Shown here one piece after another: positions 12,269 to 26,010 of a stretch of 64,000 nt of DNA. The number at the start of each line of letters is the position of its first letter. The first letter of the stretch is position 1. The DNA lies in the NCBI GenBank assembly GCA_977017645.1, contig OZ360226.1, positions 24,118,001 through 24,182,000 of the forward strand, in the 5' to 3' direction. This DNA comes from Torpedo marmorata (lineage: Eukaryota). Under the pieces are notes generated by a model, which made no database searches, was not told the DNA's origin, and saw nothing but the letters and a program-made list of their open reading frames with translations. The translations under genes were made by a program, and so were the position numbers.

Positions 12269-12750
12269 GGGACACCAATACCCCTGAGCATAAAGGCCTG
12301 CAAAAGGTAGTGGACACAGCCCAGGACATCTCAGGCAAAACCCTCCCCACCATCGAGATCATCTACAGGGAACACTGCCATCAGAGAGCAGCAGCAATCA
12401 TCAAGGATTCACACCACCCAGCACACGCTCTGTTCTCGCTGCTACCATCAGGAAAGAGTAATAGGTGCCACAAGACTTGCACTACTAGGTTCAGGAACAG
12501 TTGCTACCCCTCCACCATCAGACCCTCAACAACAAAACTCAATCAGACTCATTTAAGGACTCTTTATTGATTTTCTTTTCTCTCTGTATTGCAGTCAGTT
12601 TGTTTACATTTCTGTATTCTGTGTACGTATCTTCTTAAGTACAGTTTTTTGCACTACCAATAAGTGGTAATTCTGCCTTGCCCGCAGGAAAAAGAATCTC
12701 AGGGTTGTATGTGATGTCATGTATGTACTCTGTCAATAAATCTGAACTTT
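12269..12750 (+). mobile_element. Rex1/Babar LINE 3' fragment (its first bases at ~6474-6488 were split off by BEL copy 1)
   Basis: HPAHALFSLLPSGK..RFRNSCYP C-terminal motif, AATAAA plus tctgaa tail; same family as 57051-59400; tctggttaggggac|accaata matches tctggtatgggaacaccaata there. Confidence 0.85.
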
Positions 12751-13299
12751 GATCTTGCATATAGGCTACTACATAGAATGTAGCTTAAACAACATGTAGA
12801 TTGAACAGAATCTGGGAACCTGGTGGGGATTGGTAAAGGATTGATCTCATCGTAATTTTTATGCTTGAAGTTAGAATTTAACTTAATTCTAACTTATAAA
12901 TTCTCACAGTATTAGTCCAAACTAAACAGAATGCTTGCCAGGTAACAGCTGACAGATGCTTAAGTAGTCAGATGTAATTGATTACTTGAATAAGTGGTAA
13001 TTATTGTCAACAGAAGCTGAGACAGTGCTTGGGGAATTTGGGAGTGTTTAAAGATGGCCTTATATAAGTGAATAAATCTCACTGATGCACAGTGGTTGCT
13101 CTTATAAAAGAGTACATTTTACAATAGGGAGCATTTTATAATAATAGTAGTATAATATATTGCATTTTAAAATAGGGTGTGTTTTATCATGGTTCACCAA
13201 AGCCTGTGCTGTTTAACTAGTGATGAACTGAGTCGTGTTTTTTGGATCAGGAGGTAGGAAAGGGAGAATCCAGTTCCTTTGGTCAACGTAAGAACCTTT

Positions 13300-14320
13300 G
13301 ACAAGTGTAGAATGAAGGAAGAGGGTCAGCAGAAAGAGGACAGGGGTTAGGGTATCAATCCGCATGTAGAATCAATACTGCAGCCACATGTATGTCAACA
13401 TAGGGTGAAGCAGGCCAGACCATTGTCTCAGAGTGGTGTGGGAGAAAGGAGGTTTGATTCATGGCTTCCTGGTAACTGAACTTAGGAAAAGGGGAACTGT
13501 TCTGTGAAAGAGGTTACACTCGTATCCCTTCGTATATTGAATTATCAAGGCTGTTGATGGCTCTTAAACTGAATAAAACATCTAGGGTTTGTGTTGGGAA
13601 ATTTAGAAATTTAAAGATAAAGAAAGAGTGCAGGTAGTAATATGGGTAACAACAGAAGTCAGACGGAATAATGTAACAGTAAATTGCGGCAAATTAGGGA
13701 GAAATGGTAACGTCAAAATTAATGGCTCTTTAAATGAATTCACAAAACTTTCTTAACAAGATTTGACAATGGGAGATTTTTAAAAATTGCATTAATGTCA
13801 ATCAAATATTTTGCATCTGTCGTTCCATTCAAAGACAACCTTCACTTTTGAAATAGAGCAGCTAACCATAGGACAAAAGAAAGTGAGGAACTTGAGACAA
13901 TTCATATCACTAGAACAAAAGTTCCAGGCAAACTAACGGACCTAAAGACTTCCAAATCCCCTGCAACAGACGGCTCATGTTCAAGGGTTCTGGAAGATTT
14001 AAACTCCAGAGGAAATTGATGTTTGACCTTCATTTTCCAAAATGCTCTAGATTCTGAAAAATTGCCAACAGTTTAGAAAAAAGAAAGTATAACATCACTA
14101 GTCAAGAAAGAAGGTGTAGGTCATGTAAACTAAAAAGGTGTTCTGAAAATGCAGGCCTCTGTCATTGAGCAAGTGATAGAAACAAACTTAGGTTGGCAGA
14201 AAGGGATGAGAAGTATTAAAGTTCTTTGAGGATGTAACTCACATGATAGATGAAGAGGAGCCAGTGGAAGTAACACTGTCAGATTTCTAACAGGCATTCG
14301 ATAAGGTGCCACATAAAAAT
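13300..14320 (+). mobile_element. Highly degenerate CR1 remnants
   Basis: Decayed ORF2-like motifs (ggcattcgataaggtgccacata = AFDKVPH) without open frames. Confidence 0.5.
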
Positions 14321-14690
14321 GATAAAGAATAGGAACATATGAAATAGGAATAGGCCACTCAGTCCCTCCAGACTGCTCCATCGTTTAATGAGGTTATGGC
14401 TGATGTGCTTGTAATTTCAACTCCACGTTCCCCTCTGCCAATGGTAACCTTTCATCCCTTGCTTGTCAAGAACCCCAAGAATTCAAAACACCCCAAGACT
14501 CTGCCCCCTCTCGTCTCCAAGTATCTGTGATCCTCTGAGAAAATAAAGCTAATTTCTCGGCAACCATTTATTTTTAAACAGTAAGCCTTAGTTCTAGACC
14601 ATCCCACAAGAGGAAACATCCTCTCTACATCCATCTTAACAAGTGCCATCAGATCCTACCTGTTCCCTCTCAATCTTTTACACTTCAGGG
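14320..14690 (-). mobile_element. Degenerate CR1 3' end
   Basis: MDVERMFPLVGWSRT motif; ataagaa-type tail on the plus strand. Confidence 0.6.
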
Positions 14691-16651
14691 GAAATTAATA
14701 CAGAAAATGCTGGCAATACTCAGCAGATCAGGAAGCATGTGCGGAAAGAGAACCAGAATTAATGTTTTGGCTTGAGGAGCCTTTATCGGAACTGGGGAGG
14801 AAAGAAAACAAGTTTGCTTTAAGTTACCAAAAGTATATGAGAAGAATGGATAGGACGAAGGAAATATCTCTGATAGGATGAGGCCACGGCTGACGTGCGG
14901 ATTGAAGAGATCTTCCAGTCATGGGTTGATGGGCCAGTTTGAGAGAATGTAATGAAATGAGAGCACTTGTCTTAGAGTACAATAGAAAATTCAGGAATGT
15001 GGGAGGCCAGGCTGTGCTGGTGGAGAGCGAAAAACTGCCAATTTCACACATGGGTGACCTGCAGCATAACTTGTCAGTTCTGACATACAGAAAGAAAGTG
15101 ATGCACCTGAAATTGTAGAATTTGACATTAAAAATAAGGCAGGAGTCTGCAGGAACTTAGTGACCAAGAATGTAGCTGGTTTGTCAAGAGCCACAGGTTT
15201 GTCAGTGTACATGAGCTATCCTTGGGACAATACAGCAGATAGATTCTTGTTACCTTTCGGCAATACTATGGTCGATAAGTTACATCTACAAGGAACCATC
15301 ATGTCATGATAGAATGCCTGAACAAAGCTAGAGAACAAAGTCATTACAGGTAGAATCACTTCCAAATGCCATGCTCACACAACTAAACTCGTTCCATGTT
15401 TGTGACTCGTGGACTTTAATACCACACAAGTTACATCAGAGGCACTCTGCACAATGTCTCGTCCCAGCAGCGTAAGGTCCTTGAAGCACATGCTTTAGGA
15501 TGGAGCCTCCGTGTGGACCTGTCACTGGAGAATGCTTGAGGTGAACAGACGAGATGCGTTTCAAAGGAAGCTTGACAAACACAAGGTCGTAGAGAGGAAT
15601 GGAAGGAGATGGAAAGAGGTGGGAGGAGGCAGATGTGGAGCAAGATTGCCAGCACGAAGCAGAGGGGCCAAATGGCCTGTTTCTGGGCTGCATTCCTCTG
15701 TTTCATTTTGTATGTCTGTAGGGGGAAGAATGTGGATCTCTTTTCTGTGCCGCTCGAGTGCGAGAGAGTGGAAGTGGAACAAAAATGTCATCTCCTGAGA
15801 AGAGGGATGAAGTAAAAGATGCAATTTCATCTCCTTCTGGGCCTCAGGCAGAGTAACTCATTGCTCCCTCTATTAGGAATAATGCTTGGAGAAACTGAGG
15901 AATATTAATCAGAAGGGATAAATTTTAACTCCTAGATGCAGACTAGATGGCAAGAGAGGTGATGATGAGAATTTGCAACATTAACCTGGCTGATCTTCCA
16001 ATCTCCCAGCATAAATGGCACTAGCACCCCTGGCGCTCTGCCACCATCACACTTATGCAGATGAATGCACGTTCAAATTAGATCCTTTCTTTATATAAAA
16101 AAGAGATGATCTAATTTCTTTGAAATGCAAAGTTATGTTAAAGCTTCTTTCATGGAAATGGCTGTCACTGAGCTGATAGTTTTTATGGATTATGGTTTCA
16201 GATAATTAATGAAGATGTCAAACTACACCTGGTCTATATACGGCAGGTTACTGATTGAAAAGGCTCCTGGTTAGTAGTGAGCAGACTTTAACCATTTCTC
16301 ATCCAATCAGCAGAAAACGAATGAAGAACGTGGCTCCAACTGGACCCGAGATTAAAAAAACATAGAACAAGTGAGGCCTTGAAATAACAGATATTGCAGG
16401 TTTTGGAGAAAGAACAGAGGAACAAAACTAATTGGAAGTCTCTTTCAAACTGCCAGTACAGCAAAACTGGGCCATAAGCTTCCTGCTATAGTTTTACAAG
16501 TGGAACTCTGAGAAAACCCTTTGCACTGATCTACAATACGATAAGAATATTTGGATTCGACTGAACAGGGCATCAAACTGTCAGCAGGAGGAGAGTGAGG
16601 TATGAGATGTGGAATAGTTCACCCTGGAAAAGGGAAGGTTCAGGGAGAGAT

Positions 16652-16848
16652 TGCAATACACAAACATGCTGGAGAAACTCAGTAGGTCACGCAGCATCCA
16701 TAGGAAGTAATGGTACCTGACGAAGGACCCAGCCCTGAAAAGTTGGTTACCCTTTACTTCCTATGGATATTGCATGACCTGTTGAGTTTCTCCAGCACGA
16801 TAGTGTATTGCACTTGACCCCAACATCTGCAGACTTTCTTGTTTAACT
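16652..16848. mobile_element. Hairpin-shaped Penelope-derived mini-element with a hammerhead-like motif between the arms
   Basis: Arms 16652-16716 and ~16745-16811 are inverted repeats; ctgacgaaggacccagccctgaaaa between them. Confidence 0.75.
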
Positions 16849-18487
16849 TCAGAGACAGATTACTGTCAGATTTATGAGAGCTGAGAATATTTACGATTTG
16901 TTGATGAGATTAGGAGTTACAAGGCTTAAGCTTTTGGGAGGAAATATACTTGCAGCCCTTTCTTGTTCATGGGACGTGGACATCTCTTGCCTTTGTTGTC
17001 ATGGGTCCAAATCTGGTAAAGATTTGATCAGGAGTGGAGGCAGGTTTCCTTCTTTGAACCTCAGATTGTTTTTAAAATAATCTGGTAGTTTCATGGTTAA
17101 CGATGCTGTGACTAATTTTGATGTAATTACTTGAATTTTTAAATGCCGTGGTAGGATTCAAGCTCGTGCCTCTTGGATCAACAGCCCAGTAAGTTAAACC
17201 ATTAATGTACTGTACTCACCACCGTGAGTCTATGGCATAGCAGGAAGCACATTTCTAACACAATGTTGATAATGGACAGGGAACAGGAGTGGAAATAGCC
17301 ACAACAATGCCCCTGACCTTGTGCTGTATTCCTATTTGGATGAGGAGTTGCATTTGACTTGTTTCTCGACTTTGTTTGTCTGAAAGCAGAATGAGTTAAA
17401 CATAAATCCTATCACAGAACACGGCAATAAAGCACATTAGTTTATTGCTGGGTTTTAAACACAACAATATTCATTTCACAGGAACTGGGCTGCACTCAGT
17501 CTCCAATTGAAGTGCACTTTATTCCTGAGCACTTTGTTCTGCAAATCCTTTGAACTATAGCATATAAATATGCTGTTGAATTAATATCTCATCAGGTATT
17601 GTGGAGCAAATGAAGACCATACTTACCAGGGGACTGAATTTGCTCCTCTCTGCTTCACTGGGTTTCTTGCAATGAATAAGTTGGGTTATAGCTCCAAACC
17701 ATTCACTGAACCTCAGTCCACTCTGATGGTTCAACTCCCAGCTCAAGGGACGGCATGTAATGGAAATGTTACCTCTCCGAGGGACAGGAATTAGTTATAG
17801 CCCAGAAGCAGCTCATTCAGCTCAATCGCTCCAGGTTGATGTTCCAGTCCACACAAACCTCTTCCTACCTTCTACTCTGTATCTTCTCCTTTATCCTATT
17901 CTTCCATTCTCCTCTCCATCACTTGTTTACTGAGCTTACCTTTAGCCCCTGTTCTTCACCTCTACCACTCCCCAAGAGAATACTCTCCACCTTCTCCCAA
18001 TCCCTATTGCATTTATTACTGATTGTCTGATTGCTACAGCCACTGGTTTTGATTTCCCCTTCATGGAAATCAAAGCCTTTTTTAATTCACCTATCTACAT
18101 TTTCCAGATTTGAGAGCCACAGTCCTTTATATTTTTCCCCCTTTATTCTCATGATGTAGGCATTACCAGAAAGGCCAGCATGTATTGTCCATTCCTAATT
18201 GCATTTGAGAAGTGTATGTGAGCCACCTATTTGAACTAGGGCATTCCTTCTGGTAAAGTCAACTCAGGTACAGCAGGTAGTGCAATAATAAAGTGCCAGG
18301 TGTAGTGTTAGTCAGAGTGTACAGGGTATAGTGCAACCACGACAAGGTATGGGGGTGTAGAGAAAAGTACAGTTAGTGCAGGTGAATAGTCTTTTACCAA
18401 TGAGAGGTCCATTTAAGAGTCTGATAACAGGAGGAAAGAAACTGTCCTTGAACCCGAAAGTCTGCCTTTTCAAGCTCAGTATCTTCT

Positions 18488-20503
18488 TAGATCAGGTTTA
18501 TACAAATGTGGCTGACGCTTACAAAACCACTACCCTCCCTCACCTGGGACAGTCTGGCCATCTTTCACTGTTTATACTTCCCAAGTATAGTCCAGTCGTT
18601 AAACGGGTAAAACCCACAATGAAGACTATTAAGATCTGGCTTGAGGGTGCTGACTTTGTTCTTCAGCAACATTTTCAACATACAGATTGGAGTGTGTTTG
18701 CTGACCATGCTATCGCAGATTCTCAGATCGATATCGATTCATATACAAACTCTGTTCTTGAGTATATCAACAAGTGTGTGGATGGAGTAACATCACAAAA
18801 GAAAATAAAAATATTTTCTAACCAAAAACCATGGATGAACAGTGAGGTTCGCCGTTTGCTCAAAGACAGAGATATAGCCTTCAGATCTAGAGACCGGGAG
18901 ACTTATGGCTTAGCCAGGACCAACTTAAGGAGGGGAATCTCTCAGGCTAAATATACATATAAACAAAAGATTGAAGAGCATTTTAAATCCTCGGACCCTC
19001 GGCGTATGTGGCAGGGAATACAGATTATTACAGACTACAAATCATCTAGTATTGCGCCTCCTTCTAGCTGTGCCTCCCTCTCTGAGGAGCTTAACTATTT
19101 CTATGCTCGCTTTGACCGAGAAAATAAGGAGGTCACTTTCAAGGCGGATCTTCTACCTGATGAACTGCCTCTCTCACTTTCCATCTCTGATGTATTGGCC
19201 ACCTTGAGTAGGGTGAATGTACGGAAGGCAGCTGGTCCGGATGGCATACCTGGCCACGTGCTTAGAGCCTGTGCAGAACAGTTGGCTGGGGTTTTTAGGG
19301 ACATTTTCAATCTGTCCCTAGCCCAGGCAGTTGTTCCAACAAGCTTCAAGATCGCTACCATCGTGCCAGTGCCGAAGTGTTGTACCGCTATGAGTCTGAA
19401 TGATCACCCCCATCATCGCAAAGTGTTTTGAGAGGCTGGTCTTATCATATTTGAAATTCTGTTTGCCTGCCACCATGGACTCTCATCAATTCGCCTACCG
19501 AATCAACAGGTCGACCGAGGATGCCATTTCAACAGCACTTCACTCTGCTTTGACTCCCTTAGACAGCTCTAACTCCTATGTCAGAATGCTGTTCATTGAC
19601 TTTAGCTCGGCTTTCAACACTGTGATTCCCTCCAAGCTGATTACCAAACTTCATCCCTCTGTAATTGGATTTTGGACTTTCTAACTAACAGACCCCAATC
19701 TGTTAAATTAGGCAACCTTTTCTCTTCCATTCTTACCTTGAGTGCATCAGGGTTGTATGTTGAGCCCTCTTTTGTATTCCCTTTTTACCTCCGACTGCGT
19801 TCCTGTACATAGTACAAATTCTATAATCAAATTTGCAGATGACACCACGGTGGTTGGCCTGATCAGAGGGGACGATGAAACGGCCTATAGGGATGAGGTT
19901 CAGCACCTGGCCTTGTGGTGTGCCGATAAGAAGTCCAAGGAAATCATTGTGGACTTCAGGCGTGCTGGAAGCCACACTCACGTCCCTATTTACATCAATG
20001 GAGTTGTGATGGAACGTTTATCGAGCTTTAAATTTCTTTGTGTCCATATTTCCGAAGATCTTACCTGGTCCCTGAATTCTTCAATTCTGATTAAAAAGGC
20101 ACAACAGCATCTTTATTTTCTGCGAAGCATGAGGAAGGTACACCTCTGTCCCAGGATATTGCTGGATTTCTATAGATGTACCATTGAGAGCGTACTAACA
20201 TATGGCATCTCGGCGTGGTATGGTAATTGTCTAGCACAAGACCGCAAAGCACTCCAGCGGGTGGTGAAAACTGCCCAGCGGACTATTGGCATGCAATTGC
20301 CTACCATCAAGAACATCTATAGAGAACGGTGTCTGGGCAGGGCGAGGAACATCATTAAGGATGCATCACACCCAAATCACGGACTTTGTACTCCTCTACC
20401 ATCGGGCAGGCGCTACAGGAGCCTTCGCTCACGTACCAGCAGGCTGAAGAAGAGCTTGTTTCATGAGGCTGTGAGCCTGATGAACATTGAATCACAGCGC
20501 TGA
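18488..20503 (+). pseudogene. Rex1 EN-end/RT ORF, frameshifted
   Basis: [43 protein letters not shown] in ORFs 18376-19431, 19400-19684, 19742-20503. Confidence 0.9.
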
Positions 20504-20671
20504 GTGGTACTGCACTCACAGTGTAATATCTGTACTTTTATAATAGTTTGTTTGTTGAATAGGTTTGTTGTTGGTTTTAATTGCACGTTTTACTTGGTTG
20601 GATGCTAATTGTATCTCATTGGCTTGTTTTGCACTGGTACAATGACAATAAAGTGTATCTAATCTAATCTA
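18488..20671 (+). mobile_element. Rex1/Babar LINE, 5'-truncated, (AATCT)n tail, flanked by ATCTTCT duplication
   Basis: RT ORF pieces, AATAAA + atctaatctaatct tail; ATCTTCT at 18481-18487 and 20672-20678. Confidence 0.9.
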
Positions 20672-21423
20672 ATCTTCTGCCCAACAGGAGGCGGGAGAAG
20701 AGAGTGTGACTGGGGTGGGTTGGTCCTCAGCATACCCGAAACAGAAGGAGGTGTAGATGGAGTTGATGGAGAGTCGGGGAGGGGGGAGGGGATGATTGGT
20801 TTGTCTGATGGCCTGAGCTGTGTTCACAACTCACTGCAGTTTCTTGGGCAGAACAGTTCCTGCCCCAAGCTTGGATGCATCCAGATAGGATACTCTCCAT
20901 GGTATATCTGTAAAAGTTGGTAAGTGACCTTGGGGACAAGCTGAATCTCCTCAGACTGCTGAGAAAGTAACATCTTTGTGCATTTTCCTGGCCATAGCAT
21001 CAATGTGGTTGGACCAGGACTGGTTGTTGATGATATTTACACTGAAGAACATAAAGCACTCCACAATCTCCGCCGAGGCACAGTTGATACAGACCAGGCA
21101 GTGTGCTCCATTCTGCTTCCTGAAGTCAATGACCAGCTCCTGCTGGCATTGAGGGAGAGTTTGTTATCCTGACACTATGCGACCAGACCCTCAACCTCCT
21201 TCCTGTCTCCATCTCGTAATTGTTTGAGATCCTGGTCTCTTCTGTAAACTTAGATAGAGTTAGAGCAGTATTTGCCTGCACAGGCATGAGGGGACAGGGA
21301 GTATAGGAAGGGGCTAAGTATGCAATCCTGTGGGTACTGGTGTCAAGCATTATCACGGAGGATGTGTTGCCATCAATCCTCTCTGCTTGTGGTCCGCAGG
21401 TCATGAACCTGTGCAGACTCATC

Positions 21424-21900
21424 AGAACATAAGAAATAGAAACAGGAGTAAGCCACTTATCCCATCATACCTGCTCTTGCTTCAATTTCTTATATTCTGG
21501 TGAGTTTTCATTTTCTTGCATAAATCCCATACAGCTAGAATGCCTTAACTTTAAAAAAGTTAACAATTTCTCTTTTGAATATACTCAGTGACTCATGGGT
21601 AGATAATTCCAAAGATTAACGCATTTCTGGGTGATGAAATTGCTTTTAATCTCTGTTCTGAATGGTTGTCTCCTCACTTTGAGATGGCAAACCCTGATTC
21701 TACACACACCAGCCAAAGGAAGCATCAACTTTGCATCTACTTATCAGGTTTCTTAAGAATTTGGTTAGTTTCAATGAGATCAAGTCTCATTTCTCTAAAC
21801 TCTAGACAGTGCAGACCTTGCCTGCTCAATCTCTCCTCAGACAACAAAACCATTCAGCCCCGAAATCAATCTGGTGAACCTTCACTGCACTTGCTTTATT
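21424..21900 (-). mobile_element. Degenerate CR1 3' end
   Basis: agaacataagaaatagaaacaggagt tail and CR1-like 3' sequence. Confidence 0.5.
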
Positions 21901-22029
21901 GCAAGAATATCCATCTTTACATTTTCAGAATATTTCAGATAAGTCTTTTCAGGGTAGCATATAATCCCGATTCCTCTGTTGTGCTCAAATCTTATTGCAA
22001 TAAAAGCCAATTTACCAAACTAACTGCTA

Positions 22030-22315
22030 AACACAATCTGCTGGAGGAACTCAGCAGGTAGAGCAGAATCAGTGGAACAAAAAGAATGGTCGACATTTCA
22101 GGCCAGAACCCTTCATCAAGTTTCACCTCTCCCGCATGGGCCCCTGTCCTAGCCCTCCCACCCTGTCCTCCACACACTTTCTTTTCTCTGCATTCCCAGT
22201 CCTGATGAAGTTCCAGCCCAAATCGTCGACTGTTCTTTTCCCACCATTGACACTGCTCCACCTGAGTTCCTGCAGCTTCAGGTTCCAGCACCTGCAGTCT
22301 CATGTGTGTCTCCAC
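22030..22315. mobile_element. Fold-back Penelope-derived mini-element, two inverted hammerhead-motif arms
   Basis: gtcgacatttcaggccagaacccttcatcaag mirrored by cctgatgaagttccagcccaaatcgtcgac; gctggaggaactcag / ctgagttcctgcagc ends. Confidence 0.75.
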
Positions 22316-22419
22316 ACCAGCTAATTGCTAACTGCAGTGTACACTAGCTCTCTGTGATTTGTGAAAAAGGACACCCTTGTCCCTCTGAACAACATTCAAA
22401 CTGAGTTTACAAAATATAT

Positions 22420-24030
22420 AAAAAGTAAAACACAAAAATCTGTAGACACCGTGGTTGAAGTAAAAAAGCACAAGTGCTGGAGAAACTCAGCAGGTCAAAC
22501 AGTGTATTTTATGTAGCAAAGGTAGAAATACATAACCGACCTTTCGAGCTTGAGCCCTTCATCAAAGTATGAGAAAATGCCGGCAGGCGTCCGAACAAAA
22601 GAGTGAGGGGGGAAGGGGGGGTGGCAAAGGCAGGAGGTGATAGGTGGAGAAAGGAGGGAGGGGACAGCCGCAAAGAGGGGGAGGAGGGATGGCTGGGTGG
22701 GTGGGAAAAAACAGGAAGGACAGGTGAGGGGGGAGTGGAAGGAAAAGACAAGCAGGTTTAGTGGAAAGCAGAAAAGTCAATGTTAGTGCCATCTGGCTGG
22801 AGAGTGCCGAGACGGAAAATGAGATGTTGTTCCTCCAATTTGCAGGTAGTCTGGGTGGGATAGTACATAAGGCCATGGACAGACATGTGAGTGTGGGAGT
22901 GTGACCCGGAATTGAAATGGTTGGCTACTGGGAGGTCGCTGTTGTTGCGGACGGAGAGGTGGTGCTCAGCAAAGCGGTCTCCCAATCTACGACCGGTCTC
23001 TCCGATGTAGAGAAAGCCACAAAGGGAGCACCGGATGCAGTAAATAAGTTCTCTGGATGTACAACTGAAGTGTAGTTTCACTTGAAAGGCCTGTTTGGGG
23101 CCCCGGACCGTGGTGAGGGGGGAGGTGTGGGCGCAGGTGTTGCACCTCCTGCGGGCACAGGGGAAGGTGCCGGGGGTGCGATGGGTGGGGAGGGATGAGT
23201 GCACGATGGAATCGCGGAGGGAGCGGTCCCTGCGGAAGGCTGAGAGGGGAGGAGAAGGAAAAATGTGTCTGATGGTGGGATCCTGTAGTAAGTGCCGGAA
23301 ATTCCGGGGGATAATGTGTTGGATGCGGAGGCTGGTGGGGTGGTAGATGAGGATGAGGGGGATTCTATGTTTGTTGCGTCTGGGGGCAGAGGGGGCCAGG
23401 GCAGATGAGCGGGAAATGGAGGAGATGCGGGTGAGGGCTGAGTTGATGGTGGTGGAGGGGAAGCCATGTTTGTGGAAGAAGGCAGACATTTCAGAAGATC
23501 TGGACTAGAACACCTCATCTTGGGAACAGATGCGGCGGAGACGGAGAAATTGAGAGAAGGGGATGGAATCCTTGCAGGGGACAGGGTGTGAGGAAGTGTA
23601 GTCCAGATAGTTGTGGGAGTTGGAGGGTTTGTAGTAAATGTCAGTGGAAAGCTTGTCTCCCGAGATGGAGACAGAGAGATCCAGGAAGGGGAGAGTGTTA
23701 TCGGAGATGGACCAGGTGAGTTTGAGATCGGGGTGGAAGTTGGATGCGAAGTGAATGAAGTTGACAAGCTCATCGTGGGTGCATGAGGTAGCCCCGATGT
23801 AGTCGTCGATATTACGGAGGAAGAGATGAGGGGTCTTGCCTGTGTAGGCTTGCAGCATGGATTGCTCCACAAAGCCCACAAACAGGCAGGCGTAGCTGGG
23901 ACCCATGCGGGTACCCATGGCTACTCCTTTGATTTGGCGGAAGTGGGATGAGTTGAAGGAGAAGTTATTGAGAGTGAAGACAAGTTCTGCCAGGTGGAGG
24001 AGGGTGGTGGTAGAGGGTGACTGGTCGGGT
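22420..24030 (-). mobile_element. Penelope-like retroelement, 5'-truncated (RT + GIY-YIG + 3' UTR with hammerhead motif)
   Basis: GVAMGTRMGPSYA, RNIDD, FLDL RT motifs; LIYCIRC..LYIGETGR GIY-YIG; minus-strand ttgatgaagggctcaagctcgaaa at ~22540-22566. Confidence 0.95.
22758..24030 (-). pseudogene. PLE RT/GIY-YIG ORF, interrupted at ~23490-23507
   Basis: ORFs 23505-24074 and 22758-23489. Confidence 0.9.
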
Positions 24031-24342
24031 CTTTGTGTACAGGCGTGGGATTGATTTGGTGAAGTCCTGTTCAATGCATCAGTACAGTGGCGGCAATGAC
24101 CCCAGCCTTAAAAGTCCTGTCTGCACTTTCACACTATTTAATTTCCAAAAAAAATATTGCACTAACTTTAACTGTGAATATTTATTGCATATCTATCTTT
24201 TATATTTATTATCTCTTACATACTGGGGTTATTTAATGTATACTATTGTAACTGTGTTTTATAACCAAAGTCCTTGTTTGGTACTTTCTCAGCAAGTGAG
24301 AATTCTCAGCAAGTGAGAATTTCGGTGCATGTGTACATTGTA

Positions 24343-25477
24343 CAGTAAAATCCCCATTATCTGGCATTCAAGCAACTGGAAACTCAAACAACCGGCAAAA
24401 ATAATCGAGGAAATAAATAAATAGAATTAAAAATAAATCAGGATAAATAAAGTTTTAACTAAAAGTTTAAATGAAAGTTTAAAATTTTAAAAGTAAATGT
24501 TCTCTTAAGCAACTCACAACCCCTTGGGAGTAAACATTCAGACAGCGGAGCACCCTGGTTGTGCCCCGCCCACAGCAGCTGTTTGAATAAAGTTTCAATA
24601 AAGTTGTGTTTGAATAAAATGGTGGCACCCAGGATGAGGAGCCGGCTGGTACCACTCGCCGCTGGGGCGACTCTCCCAAATTGTCTCCCTATCCCTGCCT
24701 GGTAAGAGTCTTTATCTTTATTAGTACATTATTACGTATATTAGTAAGGTTATATCTGTAAACTTAGGGGAGAGGAGGTTAATTATGATGACGGCATGAT
24801 TAGCAGAGCGGCTAGCGCAGCGCTGTTACAACGGCAGCGTCCAGGGTTCAAATTTAAAGGAAGGTGCGCCGAGGGCCTGACCAGGACACTGGCATGGAAA
24901 TGAGTCGGGTTCCGCCAAGGGCCTGACCGAGATACTTGCGTGGAGGTGAGTCGAGTTGCGCTGACGGCCTGACCGGGACATGCGTGAAGGTGAGTCGGGT
25001 TGCGCCGAGCGTCTGACCGCGACACCAGGATGAAGAGCCGGTCGATGCCGCTCGCCACTGGGGCGACTCTCCCAAAGTGTCTCCCTTTCCCTGCCTAGAA
25101 AGAATCTTGATCTTTATTTGCATTTGGTATATTAGTAAGGCTTTATCTGTAAACTAGGAGGAGGGGGTTAATTATGACGTCGGCACGGTTAATGTTGCGG
25201 TTAGCGCAACGCTGTTACAGCGCCAGAGACCGGGGTTCGAATTTCAATTTAAATTTTGTAAGTTACAGGAATTACTTGACTAAAGTGAACTTTACATAAT
25301 TAGAGACGACAAAACTGATTTTTTTTTCAAATTACTTTTCATTTTGCACTGTCTTTTAAACGGTGTATTTTTAATGCAGATGTTCAGTTAGTTGTAAGAG
25401 TGAGTCTCAGTCAACTGGAAAATTCACAATTCCGGCATCCGTGATCCCGTGGGTGCCGGATAATTGGGATTTCACTC
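24343..25477. mobile_element. Tc1/mariner-superfamily (Tigger/pogo-like) MITE with ~24-bp TIRs and TA TSD
   Basis: TA|CAGTAAAATCCCCATTATCTGGCA ... TGCCGGATAATTGGGATTTCACTC|TA; inserted in a Rex1-type 3' tail (~24100-25510) similar to 42140-42520. Confidence 0.85.
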
Positions 25478-26010
25478 TACTTATGTGTATGACGATAAAC
25501 TCATTATCAAATTGTTATTATCAAAATACCAAAAAAGATTTTAACCACAGATTACAGTGGTCTTTGGCAAATCAACTTAAATTGCATCCCTGCCCCCAAT
25601 TCTCAACCCTTCAACAATTGACTCCATATCGATTTTATTGAGTCACCTCTCAAACTTGCATCTTTTTATTTCCAATAGCTATCAGGCTCTTGAACCTCCC
25701 AGTACCACCCAAGCCATAGCACTACTCCAGGACCACCTAAGATCTGTCTGCACTAAAGATATGTCTGGAAGTTTAAGAGAGATACAGTATCTGAGACTTT
25801 AGGGTATTGAGGATGTCAAGATGAGCTGTGGACACATTGTAGATGTTGGGAGCCAGGAACTCTATGGTAAAGATGGGAGATGGAAGATGAAAGACTCATC
25901 TTGTTCAATTAATACATATAAATGGAACAAGATGGTGATTGAGAATTGAGCTACAGGATTTGATCATTCTAAGAAACAGCCAACATGAGACAATTTGAGC
26001 TGGGTGCTGC

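Larger units (their letters stand above)
18265..21410 (-). mobile_element. Old Rex1-like LINE fragment, interrupted by a younger Rex1 copy
   Basis: MSPRSLTNFYRYTMESILSGCI (20727-20939) and RT remnants to ~21410; continues left of 18487. Confidence 0.65.

Noticed and set aside
17622-17790. Possible minus-strand host exon ending in CTG|GTAAGT
   Set aside because: Weak acceptor and the open frame (GNISITCRPLSWELNHQSG...) matches no protein I recognise; needs RNA-seq
25180-25245. tRNA gene
   Set aside because: Only the A/B-box head of a SINE; no complete cloverleaf or terminator evident
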